Both the position numbers and the translations under genes were made by a program. This document shows positions 55,378 to 64,000 of a stretch of 64,000 nucleotides of DNA, piece after piece (within the stretch, counting starts at the first letter, position 1; each line of letters starts with the position of its first letter). The stretch spans positions 1,116,001 to 1,180,000 of the forward strand of contig CM022673.1 of assembly GCA_012295275.1 (NCBI GenBank). The letters are read 5' to 3'. The DNA is from Chrysomallon squamiferum (Eukaryota > Animalia > Mollusca). The notes below the pieces were generated by a model. It was not told the origin of the DNA and did not search any database. It saw nothing but the letters and a program-made list of their open reading frames with translations.

Positions 55378-57346
55378 ATGGCCTCTTCAGAAGGCCCATG
55401 TACAAATACAGCAGACTGTGGTTCCGACGATCCAAAAATAACAAGTCCTAATCTGAACACCTGTAAAAATACAACACAAGTTTTACAGAGAAATGAACAC
55501 CAGGACACAATTCCTCCTGCTGCATCTACTGAGACTGAAGATGACAGTTTTAAAAACATAGGTATCACTTATTTAAATGCTTCAAACGTTTTGGTGGTCA
55601 CTGGTGTAGAATTTTATTATTTGGTTGTTCAGAATTAGTGATGTCAATAGAGTGAATTATCATATTGTGACTTTGACTATGAGTAACTATATTATGTAAT
55701 ATATTATTTATTTTATTGATACTAACTAATGATGCAAGGGTAGATGAACTGACTAGTCAGAAATGTTAATAATAAAATACAGGTTTTATTTGGTAAAACC
55801 TCAGAAATGTCATAAATAGAAATAAACCGGGATCACTTTGTCTGCACAGGTGTCGGTTAATATTGCAAATGGGTTAAATGATCTGACTGTAATTGTATAT
55901 ATAATTTGTTTCAGAGTTAACTAACTGTACAAAATGCATCAGTAATTAACTGTATATTGTTATTGCTGATCATATTAATGTATCAAAACAATTAATCTTC
56001 TACATAAATGTTAGAGAAAACCATAAACACTGTTAATAATATTAATAGGATACATTTGATGTTTGTTTTCTATATATGGATTCTTTTGAAAGTAGTATGG
56101 CAAAGCCACTTAAATCTGACATAGCAAATAAATAATTTCAAATTATATTTTAACTGGTGACTGTTTTCACTGGTCTTGAAATAAATTAAACTGGTGTTGT
56201 GCTGTGTCATATTTATATTTAATAAATTAAATAAATGATTATGTATTCAAGTCATTGAGGCGTTCATATTGATAGCAGACAAGAAGAAGAAGAAAATATT
56301 GGGCTATCTTCAATTTCCAGACAGTCTTTTTTATTTTATAAACACATTTTAAATAAAATGACAGAAGGGATGATACAGACATCCTTACAGACTTTGTTAT
56401 TTTCTTTTTCTTTTATTTTTAACAGTGATTATTTTTGACTGCTATTTAAGCCATATGAATGAACTTACTGTATATACCATTGTATCATTTAAGCAGTATG
56501 AAAATATCACGAAAGATACATATGATGAATACATTGCATGTACATTTATATCAATATACGTATATTCATATCTGTATATATTTCTTGTACACTGTATGTA
56601 CATTTATATTAATGTATATATATTTATATCTGTTCATATTTCTAGTACATTGTATGTACATTTATATCAATGTATGTATATTTACATCTGTGTATATTTC
56701 TTTATTTAGATGATACTGAAGAAGGAAGTGTAAATTCGAGTAACCCATCTCAGGTAAAAGATTCAACAGACGAAGATGGTACTCCATCACATATTCGTTC
56801 TGTGGAGCAAGAAAGCACATCATCAGACACAAACAACTGTTATGAGGACATTTCCTTGGATCAGATCAGTTTTGGTACAAACAGCGACCTTGTTAAACTA
56901 GAAGATACTGTAGATGCAGACTCAGATAACTGTAGTCAGTCTAATGTTGTGGACTTACCTCCCTTGAAAGACAAATCGCAAGAAAAAGATAGCATTTGTG
57001 GTGGTGCTTCTGCGAAGGACGAGAATGGTCAGTGCGTGTACTACATTAAGTGGATAATGTTTGACAGTAACAAAGTGCCCATTATTACTCAGAACGAGAA
57101 TGGCCCCTGTCCTCTGCTGGCAATCATGAATGCTTTGCTGCTGAAAGGAAAGGTTAAACTGGCTCCTATGATTGAGATGATCACATCTGAACAGTTGATG
57201 ACATACCTAGGAGAATGTATTCTGGAGAGCATGCCCCAGGTAGGACTTAATTAACTCTGACCTGTATTTGGTAACGGTGACTTAAATTAATCTTTCATCA
57301 GTTGGGCAGTTTTTTGACATTTTTGATTTATTTTGTTTTGAATACG

Positions 57347-57400
<54 letters not shown>

Positions 57401-59797
57401 TGTTTGTGTTTTATTGTTACACTGTATGGTGGGTTTTTGTTACACATTTCCTCTGTGTATATCATTTCACATATTGATAAGCAACAAATAAGGGACAGCA
57501 TTTCAGTTGATGTCTGTCTCAGTGTCTGTTTTGAAGTCATTTTGGATGGATGAAAACCAAAGTATGAGCAGTATGTCATGATAGTAATTCTCATTGTTTT
57601 TATTTTTTTACTGAATATTTATTGTTAATATTGTTCAGTAATTTATTTATTACACATTTAGTATTGTTTGAAGTTATACTACAATATATTTATGTAACTT
57701 ACTGGTGCTTCTGAAAATTATTTACACTATTTACACTATTTACATTAATTCCTTTTCATATGCTGTTTTATTATTTGTTGTATTTCCATGGTGTGCATTG
57801 ACAATGTATATATAACCCAGCAATTTTTTGACAGCATTCAAGTGACTCTTTTGTATAAATAGGTATTTTAAATTCAGTCATTAAAATGTATTCTAAACAG
57901 TAAAGATCTTCTGAATTTATAGATAAGTAGATGTACATACACGTATATAATTTCTTTTTTTGCTTTCAGGATCTGTCTGAAAATGTCAGACCCAATTTTG
58001 AACAAAACATGCAAGATGCAATGTCTGTGATGTACAAATTGCAAACAGGAATTGATGTTAATGTTAAATTTACAGGGTATGTTTAAAATGTTATAAATTT
58101 TCTTAATTATTATTTAGTAAAAAAAGATATATTAATTTTTATTTTACTGGAGAATATATGAAAAAATCTGTTTATAATCAGTCATTAATTCTAGATTGAT
58201 AACAGTGGAATAATATAGTTAAACTAGCTACATGAATTTTATCTTTTGAATCAGGGGTTGCCAAACCTTTTGTCTCACTGACCCCTTTGATGATGCCATC
58301 CAAATCTGGAAACCTTCTTCCAGAGATCAGTTTTTCTCTCATTGGTTCCCCAATGACCCTTCTTTCTGAGTCCTTGAAAGAATCCACCAACCACTTTGGC
58401 AATTCCTGATTTGTATGTTGTTCAGAATTTCAATAACTATTAACAATACTGACATTTTTATAATATCTGTACTCTCTCTCCATACATGTGTGGACAAAAT
58501 CAATTTATATCCAAAAAATGTATACATATATATATTTTCATCTGGCATAGTGATATGTAATGTTTGTTTTTTTTTGTTTTTTTTACTGCAGAGTGAAAGA
58601 TTTCGAGTATACTCCTGAATGTATTATATTTGATCTGCTGGAAATGTGCCTCTACCATGGTTGGCTGGTTGACCCTCAGGACGTAGTCTGTGTCAAAGCT
58701 GTAGGCACATGTAGCTATAATCAGCTTGTTGAAAAAATTATTGCTCAGAAAAGTTCTGACAAATCAGAGTTAGTACATGAAGGTCAGTTTTAAAATACTT
58801 TTATTACTTTTATTTAAAAGTACTATCATCACAACAGCAATAATATGATAATAATTTATTATATTAATTAAATATTGTGTTAATTTAGATTTTTCAGTGC
58901 AGACTTTACTTTATGTTAAAAATGATAAAAACTGAATTTCTAGTCAAGCCAAAATAATTCAGGTAGGAGTTATTCCTCTTTTCTCACAAACTGCAGAATG
59001 TAGTTGATTTAAAAAAATGTCAGGTTTGAAAAATTAGTGCAATGTAAAAATAATATAGACTTTTTTGAGCAAAAAAAAAAAATCTGTTATATCCTAATGA
59101 AATTAATAATAATTTTTTTTAGATAAATGTTTGTAATACCATGTATGAAGAACAATAATAAAAAATTGTACAGATATTAATAATCCAGGATTTTCAGAAA
59201 CAATTTATTTTATTTTATAGTGACTTTAATAATTTAAATATATTAAAAAAACATTTCTGTTACCTAACAATATTACTGGTAACAATTTTTCATAATATAC
59301 ATTTTGTTATCTTTCATTATTTATGTTACCTCCTATTAACGTTTTTAGAAACAAAATTTATTATATCATATGGAAAATAATAATAAAATTGCCATAAAGT
59401 ATATTTAAATATTCTTTTCCTAACATTAAAATCCCCCTCCCCCCCAGTAAAGCAATTTTAAAACAAATTCCCATTTGTTTAGCAATAAAAAATTCAGTTA
59501 CCTAATATTAACATCAATAATTCAAAAATTTTGGAAACAAAATTACTGTTGATTTTTGTTTCAGGTCTAATAACATTCAAAATGCTTAATAAAAAGTTTC
59601 TGTTATCTCATGTAACAAAGAGTGTTATATGTTTCTTGTTTTATTTTTCATTAGCTCTCGTTGCTGAGCATTTTTTGAATGAGACTGCCGCTCAGTTGAC
59701 GTATTATGGTCTGTGTGAACTGGTGACAACCGTACAGGAAAATGAACTGGCTGTGTTTTTCCGAAACAATCATTTCTGCACACTTTACAAACACAGT
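55378..59797 (+). CDS. MINDY1/2: MINDY1/2-type (FAM63A/B) K48-specific deubiquitinase, first 5 coding exons; gene continues beyond the window
   Basis: Exons 55378-55561, 56710-57239, 57970-58076, 58592-58782, 59655-59797 join in frame with GT-AG sites. Catalytic Cys motif IITQNENGPCPLLAI, then LQTGIDVNVKFTGVKDFEYT, LYHGWLVDPQ, SYNQLVEKII, and catalytic His motif VFFRNNHF. The acidic disordered N-terminus is typical of MINDY1/2. Confidence 0.95.
56536..56700 (+). repeat. ~58-bp minisatellite (about 3 units) before MINDY exon 2
   Basis: tgtacatttatat.aat.ta..tatatt.a.atctgt..atatttct repeated. Confidence 0.7.
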
Positions 59798-60756
59798 GTA
59801 AGAAATACTGATTTATTTTATCTTTATATATCATATGTTAATATATACACAGACAGATATATATATATATCTGTATTTATTTGTGTATGTGTGTCTGTAG
59901 GTGTATGTTTGAGTATATATGTGTATGTGTGTTACATAAATTTCATAGAATTCACAGTTGATGACTAAAATACTTTATTATATGTTTCCTTTCTATGTGT
60001 GTGTGTGTGATCCAGTAACTATCCCTTCATCTGAGACCATGATACCTAATTTGCTACTTACCAGAAAATGTATATAAAGGGTATTGCCAGTTGTTAAAAA
60101 TAACTCTGAAAGAGTGTCTGTAGCTTTCTACTTAATATCACAAATAACCCAACTTGCTTGATTTAATAACTTAATACACCAAACAATTATTGTTTCATTG
60201 TGTACATACGTTTTCTGGTTTTATTGTTAAAACAAACTATTTTCATCAGTTGTCAAATGTTTTATTGTACATAATGAATGAGATTATAAACTGAATGTGT
60301 AATGATTTATTATACACAGATTGAAAGTTTTTCCAATACCCAATTTATTTACAGAATAAAATTTAAAAAACTAACTGTTGATGATGTATAATGGTAAATT
60401 GTTCCGTGTGCCTATGCTATTTTTGGAACCAAACATTAAGAAAACAAAAAGAAATTATAATTCTTGAACATTATAAAGAAACACAAATGTTTGGGAAAAA
60501 ACCCACAGAAATCTTCAGTATACATACATACATACATATGTACATATAAAAAATTCCAATAAACAAACAAGAATGAAATTAAATTTATTTAATAGGGTTC
60601 ATTAACTAGTACTGTTACTTAATAACAAAAAACATTATATATGTGTAAAATTGCGATAATAAAATTATTACTGTTTTTACATAAATGTTTTGTATATGAA
60701 AAAGAGTTTTATTCCTTTGTTCTTAACATTAATTTACTTTAACACTTAAAATATAA

Positions 60757-61015
60757 AGTATACAGTTGAATAGTAATAATAATAGTAATAATAGTAGTAA
60801 TAATACATTTTGCACTTCTTATAAAATAATAGCAAGTTATTGCTAGAATAAATCAAATTTAAGAATATTTAAATTATAAATATATATTTAAATATATAAA
60901 TAACCATTATAATATTGTACATATGATTCAATACAAATAAAAATAAAAATATCATCTCCAAAATATACTTTAAAAATATAAGAATAAGAAAAAACTAAAA
61001 ATTTAAGTATAGAGT

Positions 61016-61055
<40 letters not shown>

Positions 61056-61205
61056 TGTACACTTCCTATAAAATTATAGCAATTTATTGCTAGAATAAAA
61101 TAAATTTAAAAATATTAAAAGAACAAAACAAATACCAATGCAATATTGTATATATGATTCAGTACAAATAAAAATAATATATAATCCCAAGAAAATACTT
61201 CAAAA
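60757..61205 (+). repeat. Diverged ~245-bp tandem duplication in the 3' UTR region of the nested gene
   Basis: aagtata.agttgaata(ATA)n...acttc.tataaa..atagcaa.ttattgctagaataaa...aatattgta.atatgattca.tacaaataaaaataa occurs twice. Confidence 0.8.
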
Positions 61206-61260
61206 TAATAACAATTATTTTGAATTGATATTTTTGATCAGTACATTTTGGTAATAACAC

Positions 61261-62616
61261 TCATAATAACAGTAAAATCAACATGGCAATAGATGATGAT
61301 ATTGCCAAGGCATACAGGAATTCACACTTTCCACCAGAAGCTGAGCTAGGTTCAGAAACAGTTTCAAGGTCATTTGAGGTGACTGCAGTAGTTTCAGCAT
61401 TTTCAGTGGTTGTGATAATAGGTGCTGTTGTTGTCATCACTTCTGTTGTTTCAGCAAAAGTAGGTGATGATAATGTTGTTGTTTCTTCAGTTGTCGGTTC
61501 TGTTGTTGTAGTTGCTGAAAAATTCGACAATATATTTTAGTTTAAAAAAAATATATTATTAGTGAGTTGTTAAGAATGTGTAGAATGATAATTTTACATG
61601 GATTATAAAATTAACTGGGTTTTTTGGGGGGGGGGGTTTAATAATTGAAATAATATATAATTTATTTTTTATCTTTATTAATATTAATTAAAGCATTACA
61701 TGTAAAAATTTACTTTTAATGTATAGATATTAATCAGAAGTTTACTATGTAACTCATGAAATGTTTTTATTTTTGTTTATTTTTTTTTTTCTCCTCTCCA
61801 GACTTTTAAATTATAAATACAGAAGTGAGATTTATGATGTATCTTTTATACAAACAGATGTGTACTAGGTATATAACATTCACATTTCATATAAATTAAT
61901 GAATTAATATCTGTTGTGAGACATTGTGAAATCATTTCTGGACAGGGTCTGTTATGTGGACAGTTGTTATGCAAGTGTGTTTGAAACCACAGATGTGATA
62001 AATGTACACTTTACACTGTTCAAAGAAACATGAGATAAAACACAATTAAACCTGAGACAGTGTACACTTTCTGGATGAGTTCTTGTGTGCAACGTGATGA
62101 ACACTGTTTTAATTGATAGTGTTTGTGTAAATACCTTGGAGTTCATTAAAATAACATCTTTGATAAAAATATTAAAGCAAAACAAAAAATACAAAATAAA
62201 GTAAAATGATATAAAAAAAAAACAATAACAATAAAAGTTTAATGTTGTATATTAATATATGTTTATATTAACTATATGTTTCAGTGTATTTTTATTTAAA
62301 AAAAAAAAATTCTGATTAATTTTATTTTAATTTAAGAAAATTTGATTAAGAATACTGCAAAATTAGTTTGATTTTATACAAATGAATGCAAAAATACATC
62401 AATAAACATAATTATAGATTATTATCTATTTTAATCTTTTTGCCTAAAATTGATATACTTGTTGTAGTTGTTGTTGGTGATGTAGTTGGAGACACATCAC
62501 AGTTGAAACGTCCATCCATTGAATATCTCTGTTTCATCACTGTATAGGCTTCAATTAACTTCTGGTCACAGTTTTGAACTCTTGGTTCCATGCAGTTTAC
62601 ATACTGTTCAAAAGCT
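61261..62616 (-). CDS. 3' two exons of a nested antisense gene: Cys-containing helical domain, Thr-rich mucin-like stalk, C-terminal GPI-anchor-like signal
   Basis: Exon 62616-62459 (AFEQYVNCMEPRVQNCDQKLIEAYTVMKQRYSMDGRFNCDVSPTTSPTTTTT) splices in phase 1 to 61514-61261 (TTTTEPTTEETTT...SEPSSASGGKCEFLYALAISSSIAMLILLLL*). Upstream exons were not found in the window. Confidence 0.8.
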
Positions 62617-63317
62617 CTGAAGTAAATAAAGAAAGAAAGAAAGTTTGAAAAGGAAGAATATAAAGAAGAATAAATATCATTATGCAACATCAAACATTTA
62701 GTTCATTTGTGTTTGCACCTTAAGATACTCAAAAACAGGACTGTTTATTGAAAGTAAAGATGAGCTGCAATAAAAACTCACATTTGTGCATTGTTCTTAA
62801 ACATTGGTTTAAAATACATATTAAGTAAATAATAGTAATAAGCAAATAAGCAAATACATAGAAATGATACTTAGTCCTGTATGCTCATTTGATTCATCTC
62901 AGTTTTAAATCTTTTGTTTTCTGTAAATCAAGAACTGAAATATCTGTTTATTCATTATTACAACATTTGACTTAAGTCACACAGTACATGTTGCTGTCAA
63001 CAAACAAAACGTGAACTTTTAAGTCAACAAAAATGTTACAAGCTTAAAGCTGGAACATTCTTTAGTGCATGACAGCTGAGAAAAATTCTCATTGTTCCTG
63101 CTTGATGAGCATTTTCGTTTACATTACATAGTCAGCCTGGGTTGTTATTGATTGAAACCTTCCATGACAATACAGTTGTTTTCTAATTTGGAAGTAAATG
63201 AATTTCAGTTATCTGGTAAATGTGAGATTCACTTTGTGGGCATTCTTGATTTGAAATCCGCTTCACACACTCTCACACACACAGACAGACACATAGACAC
63301 ACACACACACAGACACA

Positions 63318-63355
<38 letters not shown>

Positions 63356-64000
63356 TATACTACACACATTAAATTATATAACTAACAGGAGTAAAGTAAC
63401 TGCTAGGCATTTTGTTTTATAGTTTAAACAGTTTACTCAAACACCTGGTCAATTAAGTAACTGTCAGGTAAACTGATGGCAAACATGGACATCTCCTACT
63501 GTTTTGAGACGAACAAATCAACATTGATTCAGAGAAATTGTCGCGACACATCTTTATATGCCTGAACCTTTTGTCTTTTGTTGCTTCTTACAGAGAAGAT
63601 CTGTGTGGTGAAGAAACAATTAACAAAGTCCTAGATTAGTAGTCATTTCGATGAAATAACTTGGAAGATGTCATCATGTTTGAATTAGTTTGAACCAGTC
63701 TGTGATACGTTACGTAAACAGCAGTTAACATGTCATTTTATTTAGTAATGGACAGATTCACAGAAACTGAATTTATATTTGTTGTTATGCTGATTAATTA
63801 CATTGTGGATAGGTTGATATACAGAAGTAATGTCATCATATTTGACTTAATTAACCACATCATGGTTAGTCATAATTATTTCCTGTAATTTGTAATTTTA
63901 TTTAAGTTAATTAACAAAGTTGATAGTAGATGTATAAACGGTATGACTTGTAATGACATGATATTTGAATTAAAAACTAATTCATGGTTAGTCAAGTACA

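Noticed and set aside
63100-63700. Upstream exon of the nested GPI gene or next MINDY exon
   Set aside because: Candidate frames next to splice-like sites contain stops, and no MINDY LLVTDQGF-type motif was seen.

Overview
AT-rich, intron- and microsatellite-rich animal genomic DNA. It is probably a lophotrochozoan such as a mollusc (inferred from the Su(H) N-terminal motifs and mosaic CpG depletion). Most ORF-track entries are low-complexity noise, so genes were assembled by hand from GT-AG exons. Contents: (1) a complete 13-coding-exon Suppressor of Hairless/RBPJ (CSL) gene on the minus strand, 54091->38981; (2) a head-to-head MINDY1/2 (FAM63) deubiquitinase on the plus strand from 55378, running off the window; (3) an antisense Cys-rich/mucin-stalk/GPI-signal gene nested in a MINDY intron; (4) putative 5' exons of an unidentified minus-strand gene in the left 23 kb; (5) the main find, a complete 5-exon gene at 30669-33384 (+) that the ORF track mostly misses. 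It encodes a 242-aa secreted protein. Its intron phases (1,0,0,0), exon sizes and four predicted amphipathic helices match the IL-6/G-CSF/growth-hormone long-chain four-helix cytokine architecture, making it a candidate invertebrate JAK/STAT ligand. The Su(H) promoter carries clustered CSL sites, suggesting autoregulation, and its last exon has an apparent 1-bp frameshift.
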